A DNA stretch of 64,000 nucleotides, taken from contig CM052832.1 of NCBI GenBank assembly GCA_028534125.1, positions 18,478,001-18,542,000 on the forward strand, read 5' to 3'. Below, piece by piece: positions 1-11,047 of this stretch. The position numbers were made by a program, and so were the translations under genes. Position 1 is the stretch's first letter. Each line of letters begins with the position of its first letter. The notes below the pieces were generated by a model. It made no database searches. It saw only the letters and a list, made by a program, of their open reading frames with translations, and was not told the DNA's origin. Source of the stretch: Lama glama (Eukaryota).

Positions 1-544
1 CCCTCCTGCATTCTGGTTCCTTCCATTGTGGTTGTCACCATCTCTTCTATCTACAGATGCTCTCAGCTGGTCTTCTCTCTCCTCTAGCTTTGTTTCCTTC
101 ATACTTCTCTTCCCATCAAAGCCAAGTTATCTTCTTAAAGCCCAGATGGGGTATTTTTGCCAGTCTGCTTGGGAATCTTCATTGTGTTCCTCCATGATTA
201 CAGAAAAAGACTGACCTGCTTCCTGCATGGATATAAAGATGCTTTACCATTTGATCTCAACCTGCCTTTCCCCTCAGCAGCCCTCTGTAAGCAAGGCTCA
301 GGTTGCGCTGCCTACAATCTGCACTTAACTGCTCTCTGACTCTATTTCTACTGACTCATTTGCCTGGAGGGTCTTCTGATCCCAGCTTCTTTTACCCAAA
401 TTTCATCTGTCCTACTGCTTAGCTCATGTAAGCAATTTGTTTATTTTATCATCTGTTTTAATTTTATCCTTATGTATACTTTTATAGAAACTTGTAGTTT
501 TACTATCATATTTGTATTTCACATCCCCTTTTTTTCAAAATTCA

Positions 545-780
545 TATTGGGGCCCATTGGAGGGGTCATAAAATCAATTTAGCAGGGTCAAAACCAGTAT
601 TTAAAAATAAGGCACTAGAAAAGAAACTATTGGAGTGAATTACACATGGTAAGGCTGGATATTGATTCATGAAACTTTTGCTTGAGAGGTATGTGTGTGT
701 GTGTACTTGTGGATATATTGTATTGCCATGTAAGATGCATTTCTTATTGTTGGTCTTTGTAAAATATGTTCAGACTCCAA
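545..780. mobile_element. hAT-Charlie MITE relic (MER112-like)
   Basis: gggtcataaaatcaatttag...catgaaactttt...(gt)n...atttcttattgttggtc resembles the recalled consensus. Confidence 0.5.
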
Positions 781-1234
781 AGTCTACATTGTATTACACT
801 TATAATAGAGAATTTTGTTCGCACTTTTCTCTCCAACTGGACTGAAAGCTCCTTGAGGTCAAGGACTTTATCTTATTAATTTTTGTAAGAGTTTCCTTTT
901 CTGTTGCCAATCTCACATTGCTCCTGCCAGAATGTAACTCTAACTACAAGGAAATACTGGTAGGCTATGTCTGCAGAGTTTCTATGACAGACTATTTGGA
1001 TTTGGTCAAATAGGTGTTAAAGAACCATTGAAGTGTCAGGAGACATCAATATCACTTATTAATTCTAATTACTTTATAGGACTTTACTGTGGGAGATCTG
1101 TGAGCTGAAAGAAAAATGCTTATTACCCAGTAATTCTAAGTCTGCCACCTCTCTGTTGGGACAATGTCCAGGGAAGCCACTCAGTCTCAGCCTTTGCTAT
1201 TTTCCTAAGTGTTCTTTCTCCCTCTTCTTTTCAG

Positions 1235-1321
1235 GGGTAGCATTTGGGTCCTTCATCATCCTCTGTGTTGGGGGACTAATCTCACAGGCCTTAGGCTGGC
1301 CTTTCATCTTCTACATCTTTG
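1235..1321 (+). CDS. SLC17A2: SLC17A2 (NPT3) internal coding exon, 87 bp; upstream exons lie outside the window
   Basis: Acceptor ttttcag, donor gtgagt; translates (G)[28 protein letters not shown](G), nearly identical to human NPT3 as recalled. Confidence 0.95.
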
Positions 1322-2740
1322 GTGAGTTACTTTCTCTTAAATCTTAACACCTTCACTTCCCAGGCGTTTGTTTTGATGCTTCCATTACCCACTGCCCACA
1401 TTCTTCCCATTTGAGAGAAAATGCTCTTTGTTAAATGGAAAATGAAGAAGAATGTTGAGGATTAGTAGATTTCTTATTCTAGTCTAGGAGATGATGATGT
1501 GCATGGTGCTGACTTCTGAGAAATCAGGAGGACAGCCTTACCCTCTCAGCCCAGGCATCTGCTATAGAATCTCTGCCACCACATCTGAAATCCCAGGTCA
1601 AGTTGTTCTCTGTGGTTAAGATGTCATAGCTGGTGATGCACATTTTCAATGTGTCTTCATATTTTATTGATTATTATTTCTGCCAAGATGCCTTTAATCT
1701 GTTCTCTACCAGGTGAATCTTACAAAGCTCACATTAAATATACCCTTCCCTACGGGGACCACCAAGGCTTATCCCATCAGAGCAAGGCTTGCTGTCCTCT
1801 AGGAGGCTTACTGATCATTTCTTCTCTAGGCTATGTTGTTGGTGTGTAATTATTTATTTCCCCCTTTCCCTCTCCACTAGACTGTAAAATAATTGAAGCA
1901 AGAAACCCATCCTATAATTTTTTAGTCACTTTGGCACTATTATAGTGCCAGACTTACAGCTTTACAAATAAAAGAATGGATAAATCCAGTGATTTTAGAG
2001 GGAATTTAAAGAATATTAGTCCACAGAGTCTTTCAACATAGAACCTCTTTGAATGACAAATCTCAGCAATAAGACAAGTTTCTGTTCTGTTGTTACGACT
2101 AAATGGTATCATTCCATATGGTTCTGGCTAGGATGGCTTTCTCATTAATGATGCTAATCCCAGGCCATTTTGGCCCACACATGTTAATCAGGTACTGTCA
2201 AGAAATATTTTTCTGGAAATTCATTGTGGATGTATTGTTTGAATACAAATAACACTGTCTTTTGCAAATGAGTTGGAAATTTTTCCTTGCCACCCTGACT
2301 TTATGGTAGGTTGCTTTGTATACAGATGAATAGTTTCTTCTTCAATCCTGACTATTCAGATATTCAAAAATAAGACAGTAATGTGTATATTAAGAAATTG
2401 CTGCTAATGACATGACACTACAGCCACTGGAGTCTGAACAGTAATTAATCAGCTATGAAATGGTACATTCATGTTCCTCTCTCTCCAGAGGGCTCTGATG
2501 TTGACAAATGGCCCTCTACATTTGAGAGGTGATATCTGGATATATTTGCTGAATAGGAGATTTGTAAATGAATTGAAATGAAGAAATGAGAAAATTTAGG
2601 TCCTTATGGTGAAATAATCATGAATTGATATGTGTGTTTGGTGGGGGGTGGGAGATGGGGGGAGGTATGTTACTTAAGAGGAAACTCCCTTCCCCCAGTA
2701 CATACATCTACTTGAAAACAATTGGGTCCTGGCTTCCCAG

Positions 2741-2859
2741 GTAGCATTGGCTGTGTCTGCTGTCTTCTGTGGTTCACGGTGATTTATGATGATCCCTCGT
2801 ACCACCCATGCATAAGTGTCAGGGAAAAGGAACACATCGTGTCCTCTCTGCCTCACCAG
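2741..2859 (+). CDS. SLC17A2: SLC17A2 coding exon, 119 bp
   Basis: cccag acceptor, gtacag donor; (G)[39 protein letters not shown]; phase continues from the previous exon. Confidence 0.95.
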
Positions 2860-2981
2860 GTACAGTGAACTTTTTCTACCTGTGGACCATGCAGAGATCT
2901 GCAGGGTAGGTGGTGGGGCTCTCATGAGAGGCATCCTTTGGCCTGTTATAATACCCATGTTGATTAGATATTTCCTTTCAG

Positions 2982-3143
2982 TCCAGTTCTCCTAGAAGAT
3001 CTGTTCCCATAAAGGCTATGATCAGATGCCTACCACTTTGGGCCATTTTCACAGGGTTTTTCAGCCATTTCTGGTTATGCACCATAATCATAACATACCT
3101 ACCAACGTACATCAGTTCTGTGCTCCATGTCAACATCAGTGAC
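2982..3143 (+). CDS. SLC17A2: SLC17A2 coding exon, 162 bp
   Basis: tttcag acceptor, gtgagt donor; [54 protein letters not shown]. Confidence 0.95.
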
Positions 3144-3229
3144 GTGAGTATGCTCCCTCTACTTCTATGAAAATGCTAGTGGCAACAGGAGAAATAGTTC
3201 TATGCTACCTGCTACATTCTGGCTTTTCA

Positions 3230-3400
3230 AATAACCACTCATTTAACCCTCACAATGATCTTGAGAGAGGCACTGGAATAATTCCCATTGCACAGGTATA
3301 GAAATGAGGACACGTAGAAGTGAGATGACCAGCCTTGAATTACACAACTACTGAGTGGTCAAGCTGCTGCAGCAACTGTGTTGTTGACCACTATGCAACT
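3230..3400 (-). mobile_element. MIR SINE relic
   Basis: ctcatttaaccctcacaatg...attcccattgcacaggtatagaaatgagg, MIR core-like. Confidence 0.6.
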
Positions 3401-3656
3401 ACAGATTGGCTGATTCTTCCATTTCCCTGAGAGATGAATAGTGCTCTTCTCTGGAGACCAGTGTACTGCAAGTGCTGGCTCTCTTACCTGAGACAGTGTT
3501 CCTCTTGGATGGAAGGATGGTGGAAAAGGATGCTAATTTCCTTAAAATAGCTTAGAACATCAGGAGGGTGGGCTACTGCTTGGTCTGTGTAACTGACAAA
3601 CTTTGGTGTCATATGCATCTCTGTAATCACTCACTATATAAATTTCCTTCCTTCAG

Positions 3657-3789
3657 AGTGGGGTTCTGTCCTCCCTGCCTTTTATTGCTGCCTCAAGTTG
3701 TACAATTCTAGGAGGTCAGTTGGCAGATTTTCTCCTGTCCAGGAATCTTCTCAGATTAATCACTGTACGAAAACTCTTCTCATCACTAG
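3657..3789 (+). CDS. SLC17A2: SLC17A2 coding exon, 133 bp
   Basis: cttcag acceptor, gtaagg donor; [44 protein letters not shown](G). Confidence 0.95.
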
Positions 3790-3875
3790 GTAAGGATAGG
3801 CGGGACTCAGTTAACCAATCCTTTTTCCTACACATGGCCCAAGAAGGTTCCTAACGGTGTGTCCTCATTGCCCAG

Positions 3876-4023
3876 GGCTCCTCCTTCCATCGCTATGTGC
3901 TGTGGCCTTGCCCTTTGTGGCTTCCAGTTACATAACAACCATCATTTTGCTGATACTTATTCCTGGGACCAGCAACCTGTGTGATTCAGGGTTCATCATC
4001 AACACCTTAGACATCGCCCCCAG
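3876..4023 (+). CDS. SLC17A2: SLC17A2 coding exon, 148 bp
   Basis: cccag acceptor, gtaaga donor; [48 protein letters not shown](R), with the SLC17 DIAPR motif. Confidence 0.95.
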
Positions 4024-4329
4024 GTAAGAGCTTTACCTGTTTGTCCCCTTCCCCAGGCCCTCCAGAAGTTTAGGCCACAGTCTTCTTCCAACTCCTTCTT
4101 GTTGACATACACAAAATGATGGCAGAGTAACAACAAATAACTAGAAATGTCAGTATGTGGCCACGACCTAAGGCATTTTTAGAACAACAGTGCCCTATCT
4201 TGGGCAGTAACATTTAGATGAAAAAGTCCCCTAGCTTCCCCACTACAGATTGGACTGTATGTTCTAGGAAAAGAACCACACATATATGTCTTGGAAAATC
4301 TTCTTGAGTATTGATGATATTAGCTACCA

Positions 4330-4560
4330 CGTATGCATATACTTGCCATGAGCTAAATCCAATTTGAAGGGTTTGTCATATATCAACACATCTAATCCTT
4401 ACAACGACATGAGGTTGGCTCTATTGTTATCCTCATTTTATAGGGGAGAAGACAGGCCCAAGGAGGTTAAGTGATACACCTAAGATCACCCAAAGACAGA
4501 GCCAGGATTTGGACCCAGGCTGTTTGTCCAGAGTCTGTTGTTCTGTCCAGTGTACAAACT
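4330..4560 (-). mobile_element. MIR SINE relic
   Basis: tctaatccttacaac...attgttatcctcattttata...gaggttaagtgatacacctaagatcacc...gagccaggatttggacccagg. Confidence 0.7.
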
Positions 4561-4814
4561 GCCTGCCATGCTGAGCAGCTCGTGTGGGAAACTGGGTTCC
4601 TGGGAGATGGAGTTGTTCCCTAGTTGTTGAGTCAGTGGCTAGGCGATTTCAGGATTGGCAAACAGACGTTACCCTAACTGTCTTGAGGTGAACAAAAAGC
4701 TGCATTAGGGCTAAATGACTTTGCTATGAGAGCTGAAGTGCATTAAAGTTGAGTTGCTGAAAAGCCATAGGCAACTTTCTACATAAAGTCATCTAGAAAA
4801 CCATCTCCCCACAG

Positions 4815-4905
4815 ATATGCAAGTTTCCTCATGGGAATCTCCAGGGGATTTGGGCTCATCGCGGGAATCATCTCTTCCACTGCCACCGGATTCCTTATCA
4901 GTCAG
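4815..4905 (+). CDS. SLC17A2: SLC17A2 penultimate coding exon, 91 bp
   Basis: cacag acceptor, weak donor gttggg; [30 protein letters not shown]. Confidence 0.95.
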
Positions 4906-6079
4906 GTTGGGCCAGTTTATTGAACATCTGCAAATGGCAGGTATTGTTTTAGGCACTGGGGGTTCACAGCAGGGCCTCTGTTCTCAAGGACTGTATGGTC
5001 TGATGGTGAAAATAAACATGGATGTCAACACAATGACTCTATTCATAGAGGACTCTAAATCAGAGTCTGGTAGGTCAGATTTCCCAGGGAAAGAGAAATA
5101 TCAGCTGAATTTATAGAAATGAATAGGTGTTAGATTGATGAAAATCAGCAATTCAGGCAAAGAAAATAGCATAGATGACTTCCTAGAGGAACAAAAGCAT
5201 GAAACAGCTCTTGGTTATGAACAGAGTGAAGGAACAGTAAGAGATGAAGACACAGGAGCAGAATGGAAAGGTTATGAAGAATCTGTTCAGATTAACTCCA
5301 ATTTTTTTTTTAAATCATAAAGTGGAAACACAAAGGGTCCTGAGGCCAGCTTAAAGAGGTGAAGTCATGGGTAAAAGGAGAATGGCTGTGAGACACAGCA
5401 GGGGGCATGGCCCGTGAGGCTTGCTCAGTGCCAAGTGTGGGCTGGTAGGGAAGATGGAAAGGCAGAACCAGGCTGGGATGGCAGGATACTGAGAGTCAAC
5501 TTAAAAAAAAAAAATTCATTTTGTTTTTAATACATCTGTATGTGATCTAGTTTTCAGGTTAATTTTTGACCAGATTGCTAGGAATCCACTGTGACTATGA
5601 TGGCAGAAATGAACTATGACTTACAAGGTCTGAATGAGAAGAATCATATAGGCAGACCAAATATAACTCACATTGCATTGAGCTGTCCATCTAAGGAGAT
5701 GTTGTGATTTCTGTCAACTGCTAAAACCAAAACAAAACAGAACACAATGCTGTCATTTTAGGCATAATTTTAAATGAGTAATATGACTTTTTTTTATGAG
5801 TGTTGAGATCCAAATTTCTAGAAAAAAACATTTGTGCAGGTTAATTTATTTGGGCTTAAGGAAAAATCCATCCCAACCCAGAACCCAATGTTCATTTTTG
5901 AGTCCTTTTTTTTTCCCAACAGTTTCAAACCTTCTTTGATAACTCAAGATGTTAAGTGGCTATTGTATATTGTGTCCTAGATTCTTTGGGATCAGTGCTA
6001 GAGTATACAAAATGGAGGGTTTCTAGAACTGGGGGAGAAGGAACTGTGAGACTAGTGATTCTGTGTTTTTTGCCTCCAG

Positions 6080-6214
6080 GATTCTGTGTCTGGATGGAGG
6101 AATGTCTTTTTCTTGGCTGCTGCTGTCAACATGTTTGGCCTGGTTTTTTACCTTACATTTGGACAAGCAGAAATCCAGTACTGGGCCAAAGAGAGGACTC
6201 TCACCCGCCTCTGA
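6080..6214 (+). CDS. SLC17A2: SLC17A2 terminal coding exon ending in TGA
   Basis: ctccag acceptor; [44 protein letters not shown], the typical NPT C-terminus with a class I PDZ-type -TRL end. Confidence 0.95.
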   Translation, partial: DSVSGWRNVFFLAAAVNMFGLVFYLTFGQAEIQYWAKERTLTRL

Positions 6215-6318
6215 GGTTACAGACTTGCAAACTTAAATGTAGTACTGACTATTAACTTTTCAACATTGTATTTTTTAATTTATCGTATTTCTTTCTTCAT
6301 ATTCTTAGTCGTAGACTC

Positions 6319-6497
6319 AGCAGTTCTCAACTTAGGTTGTGTGTTAGATTTCTCTGGGGAGTCTCTAAAACGTATTGGTGAATGGGCTCTACTCTAGAAA
6401 TTCTGAAAATGAATTGGTCTGGGGTAGAGCCCAGATATCACTAATTTTTAGACACTCCCCAGGATTTCGAACATGCAGCCAAGGTTGACAACTGCTG
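6319..6497. mobile_element. MER5-like hAT-Charlie MITE in the SLC17A2 3' UTR
   Basis: Terminal inverted repeats cagcagttctcaac ... gttgacaactgctg and a MER5-like interior (aattggtctggggtagagcccag). Confidence 0.7.
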
Positions 6498-6559
6498 GGC
6501 AAACATGAAACACCAATTCCTGTTGACTTTGAATTTTCCTTTTTGGAAGGAACTAGATA

Positions 6560-6565
6560 AATAAA
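6560..6565 (+). terminator. Candidate SLC17A2 polyadenylation signal AATAAA (alternative ATTAAA at 6751 and 6771)
   Basis: First AATAAA about 350 bp downstream of the stop codon; usage not demonstrable from sequence. Confidence 0.4.
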
Positions 6566-7589
6566 AATCTCTGTAAAAATATAATCACTGATAAGTACCT
6601 TCATGAGGTGATTATAGACACAGAGATCTACTAGAACTGTATGTTATAGAGCTCAGTACAGAACAGACTTTTAAGGCTGTAATCCACAGAATTAACATTT
6701 TTATTGTTTTCATACATTGTGAAACATGGATGTTTATGTGATTACATTCTATTAAAATTTACATGCTAAAATTAAATGGGCCATCTTCAAATTATTTACA
6801 TCAGGATTATTTCCATTAGGCAAAACAGATATTTACTTCTCCTAGCTAATTTCCAGGAGATTAATGACCAGGAAATGACCAGGAGAAGATTAAATCAGGT
6901 TAACTAAAAATCATGGGAAAGAGAAAATAGAATTGGAAATTTTGCAATGCGAAAAGAATGGACATGAAGGGAGGCGACGTGGGCACTTCTAGAAGAGACA
7001 GCAAGGTAGTTTGAGCCATATCGTGAAAATTGGAGAAAGACAACAGAGGCACTTGCAGATGAACTGAAGATTTATGTGCAGGAGAAGAATACTGGAGGTA
7101 TAACAAGATGGAAGAAATTATAGCACAATATCACATACCAGAAAAGTTTCTTTCCAGGATTGCAAAAGATCATTTGACCTTCTTCATATTTTCCCAAGAT
7201 TCTCAAATAGTTATCAACTATCGAGTGGCTCCTAACACTTAAACACACCCCCTAGATTGTCTCTACACAGAGAGCTGATTTCGGTTTTGCTGCAACTATT
7301 CTAGAGGAGAAATTCTTACCACATTTAGAATCCAAGTAGAATCCAGGGAATAGAGCCTTGGGCTAATTTAGCAGGTAAAGAGACTCTTATAATGCAAATC
7401 AACAAGTGTTTTTGAGCAGGTATTTTTAAGAATTTAGATTGTCAGGCTCTGAGGCTGATACTGAGATAAGACAACTCTGGCTGTTTCCTGGGTATTTACA
7501 GTATAGAGAGGAAGGAGAGTTTGTAGTAAACAAAAAGAAGGAAAAGAAAGAAAGGAGTAGCATAATGGATGGGCAAATCAAATACAAGG

Positions 7590-8385
7590 AAAAAAAGAGA
7601 GAGAGGGTGAGAAAACAAACAATCCAACAGGCAAATGTTTTGAACAAAGACATTATCAAAGAGAAATTCTAAGTAGCCTATAAATATATAAATAGGCTCA
7701 ACATCATTAGACGTTAGAGAGATGAAAATCAAAACCACAGTGAGATACCACTACATACTTAACAGAAAGGGCAAAGTAAAAGAAGATGGAAAACAGCACA
7801 CGCTGGCGAAGTGTGGAGCAACTGGAGCTTTCATGCCCTATGAATGTGAGTATAAATCAGAACTTTGGGAAAGTTTCTTGGCAGTATCTCCCCAAGCTAA
7901 ATTTAGACATTCCAATGACTTAGATATTTCATCTAGAAATGTACACAGACATTCAGAAAAAGATGTATAACAATGTTCATTGGAGCATTATTTATAGTAG
8001 CCCAAAAGGAAATAACTAAACTGTCAAGAGAATAATGAGTAAAAAAAATTATGGTCTATTCATACAACAACGAGAATAAATACCACACCACCATGGACAG
8101 ATCTCATAAACACAATATTAAGTGAAAGAAGACAAATAATACTTTCTTTTAAAAGTTTAAATAGAGTTTTTAAAAACAGACAAAACTAATCTATCCTATT
8201 AAGAATCAAGTGAAGGATTCCCTTTGAGCAGGGATGGAAGGGAGTACTTAAAGGAGGCTCCTGAGCTGCTGGTAATATCCAGCTACTTGGGTGCTAGTCA
8301 CATGCATGTTTTTACTTTGTGAAAAGTGTACATTTATAATTTGTACATTTTTTGTATGTAAAAAGTATAACATTTATTTAAAATG
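7590..8385 (+). mobile_element. Old L1 (L1MC/ME-type) ORF2 end and 3' UTR fragment
   Basis: Degenerate MKIKTTVRYH (L1 ORF2 C-terminal motif) followed by an L1 3' UTR-like sequence. Confidence 0.75.
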
Positions 8386-10109
8386 GACTCAATGTTTCAT
8401 CCACTTTAAAGCTTCTCTTCTCTCTTCAGCTTAGGTCTGACAAATGGAGCAGTTGGAGAGGAGCCTTGGTCTTTACCTTCACGTTCTCCCTGATCCTCCC
8501 CCTCCTCCTCCTTTGACAGACCCTCCAGCATCACAGCAGGAGGGAAGACAGTAGGACAATCTATGTTGTCAGCTTTTGGATCAAAGTCTAATCTCCTAAA
8601 CAGCAAAATGAATGAGCTTGTGCTTCCCAAGAAACCACATCCCTGGAAGCATCAGTTGTTGTTGGAGGTAAGAACAGCAATGTCCCAGCATTTCTAGGCT
8701 TTCTGAGCACCTGCTATGATTGATTTCTGACAGATAACATCTGAGTCAGAGACACTTAATTTATCTTTCTCCATTTGATGGTTTGAAGAAGAGTTACCAT
8801 TCACATTTCCTAATGGCTTCAGAATAGATACAATTGTATGCTAATAGGAAACATCTCTAACCCATCTCCCTCATCCTAAGGAGTTGTCTCCAAAGTTAAC
8901 AATTCTTTTCTAACATTCATTTCTAACATTAATATTCATGTGAATTAATTTGCTTTTCCCAAATAGTTTATTGACATCTATCTAACAATGAGATGGTCTG
9001 CTTTTTCTCTTTTGACTGTTAAATATTATGAGTTATACTAGTACAGTTCTTAATGTTGGGTGAACTGTTCCTTGAGTACTCTTTTGATATGCTACAGGAT
9101 ATGATTCACTCATAGTTTATTTCAGGCTTTGGCTACTATATTGCTATGTGACATTGGCTCTTTATGCGTATACGTCATGTCTAGAAATGGGCTTATGCTG
9201 ATTTCAAGAAAAGAAAGGGAAATCTTATTCTGAAAAAACTAACTAAGATGGAAATTTTATCATTGTTATTATTATCTGGGGACATGACAGCATTGGTCTG
9301 TAAAATTATACAGACTTAAAACTACGAGGAGAGTTCTTTGATAAGGTTCTCAAATTCCTTCATGGCTATGGACCCAAGGTTCAATAGTTTCTTCTATCAA
9401 TTTGGACAACTTAAGATATCTTGGAAGATCATCCACTTTATCCATAATTTAAAATATATTTGCAAAACATTCCAATGTTTTATCAATTATCTTTTTACAA
9501 TATAGTCACTTTTTCTGTAGCTGAGGCTTGACCTTCTTTTGACATCTCTGACTGATGCAAGTGTGCTTTCTTTCTGCATCTTCAATAGACCACTTAGTGA
9601 TTTATTTATTTTAAAGAGAGCTTGTCTTTTATTTTATAATCTATTGATTTTATCTTTTATCAGTCTTACCTCCTGCTTCCCTTTGTTGTACTTCCTATAA
9701 GTTTTGTTTTGAATACTTAGTTCATTTATTTTTATTTAGTAGTGAAAGAATTTAAGGCTTAGAAGAAAGCTTCTCCTCTAAGTCCACTTGTGTGGGAAGA
9801 TGAAATTTTGCTGTGTTCTGCCCCCAAATTGATTACTTTCTTAATGCTTTATTTTTTTAATTAATAACCTGTGGAATAAAAGAGTGATTTTGACTCCTAC
9901 CTTGTATACAATGAGGAAACTGGTACACTGAGACATCGTACATTCTAACATCTCACCCAGGTACAGCCTCTTGGCTTCATTAATGTTCTCTGAAATTTTG
10001 CTCTAACTTACTGCAGTTAATGTATTAGTGTTGCGTTAAGTTCTTTCCATATAAAAAATTGCATTCTATCAAGTATCATAATTGTCACTATCATCTGGAT
10101 GTAATTCAG

Positions 10110-10268
10110 AGGTCACTAGGTTGAGGCAAGCCAGCTGCCCAGGGAGCGATATTTAAGGAGGCACTCTTTCTCAGGCTCATACAAGCACAGAATTAGCACA
10201 CAAGAGTGAGTACCTCCTTAAGTTTGCACCCTTGGCAATTCTCTCTTACCTTAGCCTAGCCTGGCCAC
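10110..10268. mobile_element. MER96-like hAT-Tip100 palindromic MITE
   Basis: Internal inverted repeat ttaaggaggcactct ... gagtacctccttaa and ctaggttgagg ... ccttagcctag arms. Confidence 0.65.
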
Positions 10269-10989
10269 TAACATTTATTTTTATGACTACCCTCCTCCCA
10301 GATCTCAAAATATTTCAGTGGAGATTATTTTGGAATAGTACTTGGATAATCCCTGAATGACTCCCAGAATAGCAGAGAATTTCTTTTTTAATATACGATA
10401 CTATCATTATGAAGCCTTAATACATTAAAATATTAACTTAGCCAGGAAAAAAATTTGTTTCACAAAAATTTCAAGGTGGTATTGACTCCCTGCAAGTCTT
10501 TTCTAGTGTCTAATATAATAAGGAAGTCTGATCAGCCAGATTGACCAGCGAGGAGGAGAGGTATACTTAGACTCAGCGGTACAGGATTCTCTCTAACCTG
10601 GAATTCCGTAGTTTCACCGGGATTTACCAAGGTGTCGTTAATCAATTTCAACTGATGTTGCCTTAAACATTATGAGTAATTTGGTTTTCAGCTAGTGGCC
10701 TTAGTTTCCTTCAATTTTATTTTAACTAGTGATTCTCCTCTATTTGTTGAGAATCCCTCACCCATTTATCTGTATGCTAGAACTCACTATCTTTCTTCTA
10801 GTTTCTACTGACTTTCATCCTTGGATCTTTGACTTTGCTTTCTCCATGGAGTTCTCAAGTCTTCCCCAACTTCCATAAGTTCCAACTTATTTCCTAAAAT
10901 TGCCTGAAAAGATGCCTATGTCCACACTCTCCCTCTTTACATTAAAAAAGAAAAACGCACCCACACTGTATTGTGGAGCAATACCTAGA

Positions 10990-11047
10990 GTGTAAACAAA
11001 GTGATAATTCCAAATATTGGCTTGGGGATTACCTGTTAATGATTAAT
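10990..11047. promoter_or_regulatory. Candidate liver/kidney enhancer: FOXA, GATA and HNF1 motifs
   Basis: TGTAAACA at 10991, TGATAA at 11002, GTTAATGATTAAT at 11035-11047 (11 of 12 defined HNF1 consensus positions). Confidence 0.5.

Noticed and set aside
2641..2665. G-quadruplex candidate ggggggtgggagatggggggagg
   Set aside because: Only three separate runs of three or more G; no other support
4817..5116. 99-aa ORF overlapping an SLC17A2 exon
   Set aside because: Out of frame with the true exon and continues into intronic L2-like sequence
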